A stretch of 64,000 nucleotides of DNA, taken from Squalus acanthias (Eukaryota). How positions within the stretch are numbered: the first letter of the stretch is position 1; the number at the start of each line of letters is the position of its first letter. The notes below the pieces were generated by a model. That model made no database searches, was not told the DNA's origin, and worked only from the letters and a program-made list of their open reading frames with translations. Positions 35,712 to 46,299 of the stretch are shown in pieces. A program made the translations under genes and the position numbers. The stretch is from positions 806,001-870,000 of the forward strand of contig JASTWF010000123.1 of the NCBI GenBank assembly GCA_030390025.1, read 5' to 3'.

Positions 35712-38662
35712 ATGTCAGCGGAGAAGGCAATAGAGCAAAGTAGCAGTGGGGTAATTAAAAACCAGAGCGTGTCAGGAAGGGACAGAATATATAAAGATAA
35801 AGGTAAAGTAGTAAAGGGGGTAAAAGCAGGAATAAATTGTCACAGAACATATTTAAAAGTTCTTTATCTGAATGCACGCAGCATTTGTAACAAAATAGAC
35901 GAGTTGACGGTACAAATAACTACGTATGGGTATGATCTTGTGGCCATTACAGAAACATGGCTGCAGGGTGACAACGACTGGGAATTAAATATGCCAGGGT
36001 ATTTAACAATCAGGAAGGACAGGCAGGAAGGAAGAGGAGGTGGGGTAGCTATGTTAATAAAGGAAGGAATCACTGTATTACAGAGAAATGATATTGGGTC
36101 AAAGGATCAGGATAATGAAACAGTTTGGGTGGAGATAAGGAATAATAAGGGGAAAAAAACACTAGTGAGAGTAGTATATAGGATCCTAATAGTTGCAACT
36201 CTGCTGGAAGAAGTATTAATCAGGAAATAGTTGGGGCATGTAATAAGGGAACAGCTATAATTATGGGGGATTTTAACTATCATATTAACTGGACAAATCA
36301 AATTGGGCAGGGCAGCCTTGAGGAAGAGTTTATTGAGTGTATTAGGGATGGATTTCTTGAGCAGTATGTAACTGATCCTACAAGGGGGCAAGCAACCTTG
36401 GACCTGGTCCTGTGTAATGAGTCAGGATTAATTAATAATGTCCTAGTTAAGGATCCCCTTGGAATGAGTGACCATAACATGGTTGAATTCCATATCCAAT
36501 TAGAGGGTGAGAAGGTTGGTTCTCAAACAAGCGTACTGAGCTTGAATAAAGGAGACTATGATGGTATGAGAGCGGAATTGATTAAAGTGGACTGGGAAAA
36601 TAGATTAAAGGGTAAGACGGTACATGAGCAGTGGTGTTCATTTAAGGAGTTATTTTACAACTTTCAAAAAATATATATTCCACTGAGGAAAAAAGGGTGT
36701 AAAAGAAATGACAGCCATCCGTGGCTAAGTAAAGAAATTAAGGATAGTATCCAACTAAAAACAAGGACATATAAGGTAGCCAAACTTAGTGGGAGGATAG
36801 AAGATTGGGAAGTCTTCAAAAGACAGCAAAAAGTAACTAAAGGATTGATTAAGAAAGGGAAGATAGATTATGAAAATAAATTAGCAAAAAATATAAAAAC
36901 AGATAGCAAGAGTTTCTATAGTTATATAAAAAGAAAAAGGGTGGCTAAGGCAAACGTAGGTCCCTTAGAGGATGAGACCGGGAAATTAATGGTGGGAAAC
37001 ATGGAGATGGCAAAAATGCTGAACAAATATTTTGTTTCAGTCTTTACGGTAGAGGACACTAAGAATATCCCAACACTGGACAAACAGGGGGCTCTAGGGG
37101 GGGAGGAGCTAAATACGATTAAAATCACTAAGGAATTGGTACTCAGTAAAATAATGGGACTCAAGGCGGATAAATCCCCTGGACCTGATGGCTTACATCC
37201 TAGGGTCTTGAGGGAAGTGGCAGTAGGGATTGTGGATGCTTTGGTAATAATTTTCCAAAATTCCCTGGACTCAGCAAAGGTCCCGGCAGATTGGAAAACT
37301 GCTAATGTAACACCCTTATTTAAAAAGGGTAGTAGGCAGAAGGCTGGAAATTATAGACCAGTTAGTCTAACAGCTGTGGTGGGTAAAATTTTGGAGTCTA
37401 TTATTAAGGAGACAGTAACGGAACATTTAGATAAACATAATTTAATAGGACAAAGTCAGCATGGCTTTATGAAGGGGAAGTCATGTCTGACAAATTTGCT
37501 TGAGTTCTTTGAGGACATAACGTACAGGGTGGGTAAAGGGGAACCAATGGACGTAGTGTATTTAGACTTCCAGAAGGCATTCGACAAGGTGCCACATAAA
37601 AGATTATTGCTCAAGATAAAAAATCACTGGATTGGGGGTAATATTCTGGCATGGGTGGAGGATTGGTTATCTAACAGGAAGCAGAGAGTTGGGATAAATG
37701 GTTCATTCTCGGACTGGCAACCAGTAGCCAGTGGTGTTCCGCAGGGGTCAGTGCTGGGTCCCCAACTCTTTACAATCTATATTAACGATTTGGAGGAGGG
37801 GACCGAGTGTAACATATCAAAGTTTGCAGATGATACAAAGATGGGAGGGAAAGTAGAAAGTGAGGAGGACATAAAAAACCTACAAGGGGATATAGACAAG
37901 CTGGGTGAGTGGGCGGAGATTTGGCAGATGCAATACAATATTGGAAAATGTGAGGTTATGCACTTTGGCAGGAAAAATCAGAGAGCAAGTTATTATCTTA
38001 ATGGCGAGAAACTGGAAAGTACTGCAGTACAAAGGGATCTGGGGGTCCTAGTGCAAGAAAATCAAAAAGTTAGTATGCAGGTGCAGCAGGTGATCAAGAA
38101 GGCCAACGGAATGTTGGCTTTTATTGCTAAGGGGATAGATTATAAAAACAGGGAGGTATTGCTGCAGTTATATAAGGTATTGGTGAGACCGCATCTGGAA
38201 TACTGCATACAGTTTTGGTGTCCATACTTAAGAAAAGACATACTTGCTCTCGAGGCAGTACAAAGAAGGTTCACTCGGTTAATCCCCGGGATGAGGGGGT
38301 GGACATATGAGGAGAGGTTGAGTAGATTGGGACTCTACTCATTGGAGTTCAGAAGAGTGAGAGCCGATCTTATTGAAACATATAAGATTGTGAAGGGGCT
38401 TGATCGGGTGGATGCGGTAAGGATGTTCCCAAGGATGGGTGAAACTAGAACTAGGGGGCATAATCTTAGAATAAGGGGCTGCTCTTTCAAAACTGAGATG
38501 AGGAGAAACTTCTTCACTCAGAGGGTAGTAGGTCTGTGGAATTTGCTGCCCCAGGAAGCTGTGGAAGCTACATCATTAAATAAATTTAAAACAGAAATAG
38601 ACAGTTTCCTAGAAGTAAAGGGAATTAGGGGTTATGGGGAGGGGGCAGGAAATTGGACATGA
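35712..38662 (+). pseudogene. CR1 ORF2p (APE endonuclease plus RT), frameshifted in the EN domain
   Basis: ORF 35712-36230 plus ORF 36263-38662 are colinear with the intact 983-aa ORF of copy B. Confidence 0.93.
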
Positions 38663-39455
38663 GGCTGAGTTCGGATCGGTCGAGGCCCTGTGGATGGCGG
38701 AGCGGGCCCAGGGGCTGAGTGGCTGGGTCCTGCTCCTACTTCTTGTGTTCTTTAGATTTGAGGTGAGGATCAGATCAGCCATGATCTTATTGAATGGTGG
38801 AGCAGGCTCGAAGGGCCGATTGGCCGACTCCTGCTCCTATTTCTTATGTTCTTATGTTCTTATTGTAAAATGCTGTTATTATTCAGCGAGTGTGTCTAAT
38901 TCTGTTTACCCTTGGGGAGAATTTTAAAAAACACTTCCCTTGTGAACATTGAGCTCCTCTTGTTGACTGATGTCAGTATCCGGGAGGTGGGTGAATTTCT
39001 GCTTTCATCCAAAACCTACTGGGTGATACAGGGCACCAGTTGGATCCCCGTGTCCTATCTCACCAATTTGCCTCAGGACCAACATTAAAGGGGCCAACCC
39101 CCCTTTTACTGGATCAATGTGACATTTCTCCCCCTCCACCCCCACCCACTCTTCCAGCACCTCCTCCCACCCCACAGCCTCTTTGGGCGAGAGATGGGCT
39201 TCCAATTCTTGCCAACTAGAGTCAGACCAGAGGGGCAATGAACAAGCTGTGGAGTCGGAACCCGATCCAAACTGGCCCGGCAGTGTTCACAACAAATTAC
39301 CATACAGACAAGGTGTGGATTGGGTCGGGGAACCCAAGCTCGGGCTGTATCTCCTCCCTCTGTTAACACTTCATCCCGACAGACACCATGGACTGGATTT
39401 GAACCCGCCAAACGGTTTGCAATAAAATTCACCGACCAATTCCATTCACGACCAA

Positions 39456-39634
39456 TCACTTTATTTCGCACATTTGTGGGTGACATTCATACTCGTGCTC
39501 AGCACCGTCAGAGAGGGTCACGTTAAGGTTAGTCTGGTAGAGGAATCGCGGCATACACCCAGAACAAGAGCAAGTAGGACAAGAGCAAGCAGCATTTCCA
39601 CCCGGAACAGGAAGATTTGTGTTTCCACCTGGAA
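39456..39634 (-). CDS. IgW: IgW short-form Cys-rich secretory tail exon
   Basis: Phase-1 acceptor ctcttacag| (alternative ttccag| at 39628), in frame with the CH exon. It reads VPGGNTNLPVPGGNAACSCPTCSCSGCMPRFLYQTNLNVTLSDGAEHEYECHPQMCEIK*. This resembles, from memory, the IgW-short/IgX tail (C..C.PKFIYQSNLNV..SDG....Y.C....CEIK). Confidence 0.85.
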
Positions 39635-39744
39635 CTGTAAGAGTTGCAGATTTAAGCATTATACATTTTCACCTCCCCTCCCCTGTGCTGGGAAAGTGGG
39701 AGCTCCACACGGCCCCTCAACTCTGCTCCATCCTGAGTTTTTTA

Positions 39745-39960
39745 GGATCCTAAAGGGACCAGATCATGGAGACCATGACAAGCTGTTTCACCTTGTCGAG
39801 GACAGCAGAACCAGAGCCCACGACCTGTGCTTGAAGCAGGATCGGGGAGGGGTTCAATGCAAATCTAATGTCGTGAGCCAATATTTCAGTCAGTGGTCGA
39901 ATTCAAATGCAAAATTGGATAGATTTCTTTCAGAAAATAACATTTGGGGGACAGTAGAAA
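39745..39960 (+). mobile_element. Old degenerate CR1 3' fragment in the IgW intron
   Basis: EFFRILKGPDHGDHDKLFHLVEDSRTRAH resembles the CR1 ORF2 C-terminus. Confidence 0.6.
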
Positions 39961-40306
39961 GGGAGCAGGTAGGCGGTGATTTGAACTGTGGACGGTATCA
40001 GATGGGCCACCCGTTTTACACCCCGCCCCATTTTCTTTTCTATTGAAATCAGCAGAGAGTAAAATTGGGCGAGGCTGTAAACGGGCGGCCGATCCCGGCA
40101 GTTTCCCCGCCCAGCGCGTTATGTTAAAATTACTCCCTTTAAGTGTCGATTGAATATCAACACAAAGTACTAAACATCTTGCTTCCCTCAACAAGGTCGA
40201 TATTAGGGACAGTGATTCACGAATTGAGGGCGAGCGTCAGCGCTTTAAGTTAATACAAGGCTGAATTACTGACGGTAAATTCTTTTTCCCCTTAGACACC
40301 ACTTAC

Positions 40307-40612
40307 CCTCTCGATACCTCATGCTGATCCTGTCATTGAAGCTCGAAGGTGCGCGGGACACTTCACAAGTGTAGACATTCCCTTTGGTCCATTCCTCCAC
40401 AGGCACCGTCAGGTAAGTGACCGTTTCAAAGGTAGCTTCAGTTCTCAGTGTGGCAGGGAGAACAACATCCGTTTGGTCGATTCCGGCTTTCTTCCAGGAA
40501 ACCTGTAGGCTGTTGGGATAGAATCCGGATATCACACAGCCCAGGACAGCTTTAGTTTGATTGTAGAGAACCTCCGGGGATGGAACAAGGGCGATGAGCT
40601 TCGGAGCTCGAG
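40307..40612 (-). CDS. IgW: Immunoglobulin heavy-chain constant (C1-set) exon, IgW CH2-like
   Basis: 306-nt phase-1/phase-1 exon, tgttacag|CT...GAG G|gtaagt. It reads RAPKLIALVPSPEVLYNQTKAVLGCVISGFYPNSLQVSWKK...LTVPVEEWTKGNVYTCEVSRAPSSFNDRISMRYRE, with canonical Cys, FYP, Trp and YxC. Confidence 0.92.
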
Positions 40613-40988
40613 CTGTAACACATTGCCATATTTCAGATTACACGATTGTTTTGGCCACAGTAAAGGTGTGCTCCATTCCCCCAACATCTAGAGCAAGCGT
40701 CACGATGCCAGCCCCCTCCATAATGTTGTCAATTTGCCGGTGATCATGTCATAAGAACATAAGAACATAAGAAATAGGAGCAGGAGTAGGCCAATCGGCC
40801 CCTCGAGCCTGCTCCGCCATTCAATAAGATCATGGCTGATCTGATCCTAACCGCCAATCTACTATCTATCACAGAACCATCTCCTGCATCTAACAGAATT
40901 GCACACACGAAATAGGAGCAGAATCAGGCTACACAGTCCCTGGGCCCGCTCCACTACCCACAGGGCCATGACCGATCCGAACCTAGAC

Positions 40989-43940
40989 TCATGTCCAAAT
41001 TCCTGCCCGCTCCCCGTAACCCTTAATGCCCTTTACTTCTAGGAAACTGTCTATTTCTGTTTTAAATTTAATTAATGTTGTAGCTTCTACAGCTTTTTGT
41101 GGCAGCATATTCCATGAACCTACCACCCTCTGAGTGAAGTAGTTCCTCCTCATCTCAGTTTTGAAAGAGCAGCCCCTTATTCTAAGACTATGTCCCCTAG
41201 TTCTCGTCTCACCCGTCATCGGGAACATCCTCCCCGCATCCACCCGATCCAACCCCTTCACAATCTTATATGTTTCAATAAGATCGCCTCTCATTCTTCT
41301 GAACTCCAATGAGTAGAGTCCCAATCTACCCAACCTCTCCTCATATGACCACCCCCTCATCCCCGGGATTAACCGAGTGAACCTTTTTTGCACTGCCTCG
41401 AGAGCAAGGATGTCTTTCCTTAAGTAAGGACACCAAAACTGTATGCAGTATTCCAGGTGCGGTCTCACCAATACCTTGTACAACTGAAGCAATACCTCCC
41501 TATTTTTATATTCTATCCCCCTAGCAATGAAAGCCAACATTCCATTTGCCTTCTTAATCACTTGCTGCACCTGCATACTAACCTTTTGAGTTTCGTGCAC
41601 CAGGACCCCCAGATCCCTTTGCACTTCAGTACTCTCCAGTTTCTTGCCATTAAGATAATAAATTGCTCTAGGATTTTTCCTGCCAAAGTGCATCACCTCA
41701 CACTTTCCAGTGTTGTATTCCATCTGCCAAATCTCTGCCCACTTACTTAGCCTGTCTATGTCCCCTTGCAGGTTTTTTATGTCCTCCTCACTCACTACTT
41801 TCCCTCCCATCTTTGTATCATCTGCAAATTTTGATATGTTACACTTGGTCCCTTCCTCCAAATCGTTAATATAGATTGTGAAGAGTTGGGGACCCAGCAC
41901 TGACCCCTGTGGAACACCACTAGTTACTGATTGCCAGTCTGAGAATGAACCATTTATCCCAACTCTTTGCTTTCTGTTAGATAGCCAATCCTCTATCCAT
42001 GCCAGAATATTACCCCCAATCCCGTGATTTTTTACCTTAAGCAATAATCTTTTGTGTGGCACCTTGTCAAATGCCTTTTGGAAGTCTAAATACACTACGT
42101 CCACTGGTTCCCCTTTATCCACTCTATATGTTACTTCCTCAAAGAACTCCAGCAAATTTGTCAAACATGACTTCCCCTTCGTAAAACCATGCTGACTTTG
42201 TCCTATTAAATTATGATTATCCAAATGTCCTGTTACTGTTTCCTTAATAATGGACTCCAAAATTTTACCTACCACAGATGTTAGGCTAACCGGTCTATAG
42301 TTACCAGCCTTCTGTCTACTGCCCTTTTTAAATAAGGGTGTTACATTAGCAGTTTTCCAGTCTGCCGGGACCTTAGCGGAATCCAGGGAGTTTTGAAAAA
42401 TTATTACCAATGCATCTACAATCCCTACCGCCACTTCCTTCAAGACTCTAGGATGTAAGCCATCAGGTCCAGGTGATTTATCCGCCTTGAGTCCCATTAT
42501 TTTACCGAGTACCACTTCCTTAGTGATTTTGATCGTGTTTAGCTCCTCTCCCCCTATAGCCCCCTGTTTGTCCAGTGTTGGGATATTCTTAGTGTCCTCT
42601 ACTGTAAAGACTGATACAAAATATTCATTCAGTGTTTTTGCCATCTCCATATTTCCCACCATTAATTTCCCGGTCTCATCCTCTAAGGGACCAACATTTA
42701 CTTTAGCCACCCTTTTTCTTTTTATATAACTATAAAAACTCTTACTATCTGTTTTTATATTTTTTGCTAATTTACTTTCATAATCTATCTTCCCTTTCTT
42801 AATCAATCTTTTTGTTATTTTTTGCTGCCTTTTAAAGTTTTCCCAATCCTCTGTCCTCCCACTAGATTTCGCTACCTTATATGCCCTTGTTTTTAGTCGA
42901 ATACTATCCTTAATTTCTTTACTTAGCCACGGATGACTGTCCTTTCTTTTACACCCTTTTCTTTTCAGTGGAATATATATTTTTTGGAAGTTGTAAAATA
43001 ACTCCTTGAATGTACACCACTGATCATGTGTCGTCTTACCCTTTAATCTATTTTCCCAATCCACTCTACTCAATTCCGCTCGCATACCTTCATAGTCTCC
43101 TTTATTCAAGCTTAGCACGCTTGTTTGAGATCCAACCTTCTCACCCTCTAATTGAATATGGAATTCAACCATGTTATGGTCACTCATTCCAAGGGGATCA
43201 TTTACTCGGACATTTTTAATTAATCCTGTCTCGTTACACAGGACCAGATCTAAGGTTGCTTGCCCCCTGGTCGGTTCAGTTACATACTGCTTAAGAAACC
43301 CATCCCTAATACGCTCAATGAACTTATCCTCAAGGCAGCCCTGCCCAATTTGATTTGTCCAATTAATATGATACTTAAAATCCCCCATAATTATAGATGT
43401 TCCCTTATTACAAGCCTCAACTATTTCCTGATTCATACTCCGTCCAACAGAGTTGCAACTGTTCGGAGGCCTATAGACTACGCCCACTAGTGTTTTTTTC
43501 CCCTTATTATTCCTTATCTCCACCCAAGCTGTTTCATTATCCTGATCTTTTGACCCAATATCATTTCTCTGTATTACAGTGATTCCTTCCTTTATTAACA
43601 TAGCCACCCCACCTCCCCTTCCTTCCTGCCTGTCCTTCCTGATCGTTAAATAACCTGGTATGTTTAATTCCCAGGCATTGTCACCCTGCAGCCATGTTTC
43701 TGTAATGGCCACTAGATCATACCCATATGTAGTTATTTGTGCCATTAACTCGTCTATTTTGTTACGAATGCTACGTGCATTCAGATAGAGAACTTTCAAA
43801 TATGTTTTGTGACACTTAGTTCCTGCTTTTGCCCTTTTTATTACTTTAACTTTTACTCCATACCTTCTGCCCCTTCCTGACACACTCTGGTTTTTAATTT
43901 CCCCGCTGCTACCTAAGTCTATGACCTTCTCTGTTGTCAT
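40989..43940 (-). CDS. Intact CR1 ORF2p, 983 aa (APE endonuclease plus reverse transcriptase)
   Basis: YLNARS, AITETWL, VYRPP, GDFKY (GDFN in copy A), [23 protein letters not shown] and FADD in one uninterrupted ORF. Confidence 0.95.
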   Translation of the reverse strand: MTTEKVIDLGSSGEIKNQSVSGRGRRYGVKVKVIKRAKAGTKCHKTYLKVLYLNARSIRNKIDELMAQITTYGYDLVAITETWLQGDNAWELNIPGYLTIRKDRQEGRGGGVAMLIKEGITVIQRNDIGSKDQDNETAWVEIRNNKGKKTLVGVVYRPPNSCNSVGRSMNQEIVEACNKGTSIIMGDFKYHINWTNQIGQGCLEDKFIERIRDGFLKQYVTEPTRGQATLDLVLCNETGLIKNVRVNDPLGMSDHNMVEFHIQLEGEKVGSQTSVLSLNKGDYEGMRAELSRVDWENRLKGKTTHDQWCTFKELFYNFQKIYIPLKRKGCKRKDSHPWLSKEIKDSIRLKTRAYKVAKSSGRTEDWENFKRQQKITKRLIKKGKIDYESKLAKNIKTDSKSFYSYIKRKRVAKVNVGPLEDETGKLMVGNMEMAKTLNEYFVSVFTVEDTKNIPTLDKQGAIGGEELNTIKITKEVVLGKIMGLKADKSPGPDGLHPRVLKEVAVGIVDALVIIFQNSLDSAKVPADWKTANVTPLFKKGSRQKAGNYRPVSLTSVVGKILESIIKETVTGHLDNHNLIGQSQHGFTKGKSCLTNLLEFFEEVTYRVDKGEPVDVVYLDFQKAFDKVPHKRLLLKVKNHGIGGNILAWIEDWLSNRKQRVGINGSFSDWQSVTSGVPQGSVLGPQLFTIYINDLEEGTKCNISKFADDTKMGGKVVSEEDIKNLQGDIDRLSKWAEIWQMEYNTGKCEVMHFGRKNPRAIYYLNGKKLESTEVQRDLGVLVHETQKVSMQVQQVIKKANGMLAFIARGIEYKNREVLLQLYKVLVRPHLEYCIQFWCPYLRKDILALEAVQKRFTRLIPGMRGWSYEERLGRLGLYSLEFRRMRGDLIETYKIVKGLDRVDAGRMFPMTGETRTRGHSLRIRGCSFKTEMRRNYFTQRVVGSWNMLPQKAVEATTLIKFKTEIDSFLEVKGIKGYGERAGIWT

Positions 43941-43982
43941 TTTTATTATTTGCTCTCTAGGAACCTCCCCCCCACTAGTTAG

Positions 43983-44930
43983 TTTAAAGCCCTCTCTACA
44001 GCCCTAGTTATATGATCTGCCAGGACTCTAGTCCCAGCACTGACCAAGTGAAGCCCGTCCCAACGGAACAGCTCCCTCCTGCCCCAGTACTGGTGCCAGT
44101 GTCCCAGGAAGCAAAACCCATTTCTCCCACACCAGTCTTTGAGCCACTCACTTAACTCTCTAATTTTATTTGTCCTAGCCAAATTCGCTCGTGGCTCAGG
44201 TAATAATCCAGAGATTATTACCCTTGAGGTTCTGTTTTAATTTGACCCCTAGCTGCTCATACTCCTTTAACAGAACCAGCTTCCTTGTCCTATCTACATC
44301 GTTTGTACCAACATGGACCACGACAACTGGATGCACCCCCTCCCACTGCAAGTTTCTTTCCAGCCCAGAGGAGATGTCCTTAACCCTGGCACCGGGCAGG
44401 CAACACAGCCTACGGGACTCTTGCTCTCGGCTGCAGAGAACTCTATCTATCCCCTTAATAATACTATCCCCTACCACTACAACATTTCTATTTACTCCCC
44501 CCTCTTGAATGGCCCCCCGTTCCACAGTGCTGTGGCCAGGTTGCTCATCCTCCCTGCAGTCCCTGATCCCGTCCCCACAGGAAGTAAGAACCTCGAACCT
44601 GTTGGACAAGAGCAAGGGCTGCGGCTCCTCCAACACTACCTCCTGGATCCCCGTACCTGCCTCACTCGTAGTCACACCGTCCTGTCCCTGACCATAGGCT
44701 GCATCTGAATTAATTAACTTCATAGGTGTGACCACCTCCTGAAACACAGAGTCCAGGTACTTCTCCCCCACCCTGATGTGTCGCAGTGTCTGAAGCTCAG
44801 ACTCCAGCTCATCAACACGGAGCTGGAGTTCCTGTAGCAGCAGACACTTGTCACAGATGTAATCACCGTGAGCCTCAATGGGGTCCACCGGCTCCCACAT
44901 CTCGCAACAGTAACACATCACCTGCTCCAT
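43983..44930 (-). pseudogene. CR1 ORF1p (zinc finger plus SGNH esterase), frameshifted
   Basis: ORF 44196-44930 plus ORF 43979-44182. The A-run in aaattaaaacaga is 2 nt shorter than in copy A. Confidence 0.9.
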
Positions 44931-45034
44931 TCTATGTAATTAATTAAATTTTTTATTGTTAGTTATGGACACTCTCTGCCCGATTATAGATGCTAGTATC
45001 CCCTCTAATTAATTGGATTTAAATTAAATCAATC

Positions 45035-45992
45035 AGGGAGGGTAAGGTGGCGGGAGGGTAAGGTGGGGGGAGGGTAAGGTGGCGGGAGGGTAAGATGGGG
45101 GGAGGGTAAGGTGGCGGATGGGTAACGTGGCGGATGGGTAAGGTGGCGGGAGGGTAAGGTGGTGGGAGGGTAAGGTGGCAGGAGGGTAAGGTGACGGGAG
45201 GGTAAGGTGGCGGATGGGTAAGGTGGCGGATGGGTAAGGTGGCGGGAGGGTAAGGTGGCGGGAGGGTAAGGTGGCGGGAGGGTAAGGTGGGGGTTGGGTA
45301 AGGTGGCGGGAGGGTAAGGTGGGGGGAGGGTAAGGTGGCGGGAGGGTAAGGTGGGGGGAGGGTAAGGTGGCGGATGGGTAAGATTGCGGGAGGGTAAGGT
45401 GGCGGATGGGAAAGGTGGCGGGAGGGTAAGGTGGCGGGAGGGTAAGGTGGGGGGAGGGTAAGGTGGGGGGAGGGTAAGATTGCGGGAGGGTAAGGTGGCG
45501 GGAGGGTAAGGTGGCGGGAGGGTATATTGGCGGGAGGGTAAGGTGGCGGGAGGGTAAGGTGGCGGATGGGTAAGTTGGCGGGAGGGGAAGGTGAAGGATG
45601 GGTAAGGTGGCGGATGGGTAAGTTGGCGGATGGGTAAGGTGGCGGGAGGGTAAGGTGGGGGGAGGGTAAGGTGGCGGGAGGGTAAGGTGGCGGGAGGGTA
45701 AGATTGCAGGAGGGTGAGGTGGCGGGAGGGTAAGGTGGCGGGAGGGTAAGGTGGCGGGAGGGTAAGGTGGCGGGAGGGTAAGGTGGCGGGATGGTAAGGT
45801 GGCGGGAGGGTAAGGTGGCGGGAGGGTAAGGTGGCAGATGGGTAAGGTGGCGGGAGGGTAAGGTGGCGGGAGGGTAAGGTGGCGGATGGGTAAGGTGGCG
45901 GATGGGTAAGGTGGTGGGAGGGTAAGGTGGCAGGAGGGTATGTTGGCGGGAGGGTAAGGTATGGGAGCATAAGATTGCAGGAGGGTAAGATG
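45035..45992 (+). repeat. G-rich 16-bp minisatellite (gggagggtaaggtggc), about 60 copies
   Basis: Read directly. Confidence 0.97.
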
Positions 45993-45995
45993 ACA

Positions 45996-46152
45996 TCCTC
46001 CTCCTTTAAGACGCTCCTTAAAACCTATCTCTTTGACCAAGCTTTTGGTCATCTGTCCTGATATCTCCTTACATGGCTCAGTGCCAAATTTTGTTTGATA
46101 TCGCTCCTGTAAGGCATCTTGGGACGTTTTACTGCATTAAAGGCGTTGTATA
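45996..46152 (+). mobile_element. L2 LINE 3' tip
   Basis: tcctttaagacgctccttaaaacctatctctttgaccaagcttttgg...aaaggcgttgtata is the reverse complement of the L2 end at 56590-56750. Confidence 0.8.
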
Positions 46153-46299
46153 AAAGAGAGAGAAAAAGAGCAAATAGAGAGAGAGGGACGACAGAGTGAG
46201 ACAGAGAGAATAGAGAGATAGAATAGAAAGAGATTGAAATATATATAGAGAGAGACAGAAATAGAGTGAGAGAGACAGACAGAGAGAAAAGAGAAATAT

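Larger units (their letters stand above)
34675..38862 (+). mobile_element. Near-full-length CR1 LINE, copy A
   Basis: ORF1 34732-35673, ORF2 35712-38662 (one frameshift near 36180), and a 3' (tcttatgt)n tail. Confidence 0.97.
40750..45030 (-). mobile_element. Near-full-length CR1 LINE, copy B
   Basis: ORF1 43983-44930 (frameshift near 44235), intact ORF2 40989-43940, and a 3' tail at 40750. Confidence 0.97.

Noticed and set aside
45019-46052. Three overlapping Pro-rich, extensin-like ORFs
   Set aside because: They are translations of the C-rich strand of the 16-bp minisatellite in all three frames.
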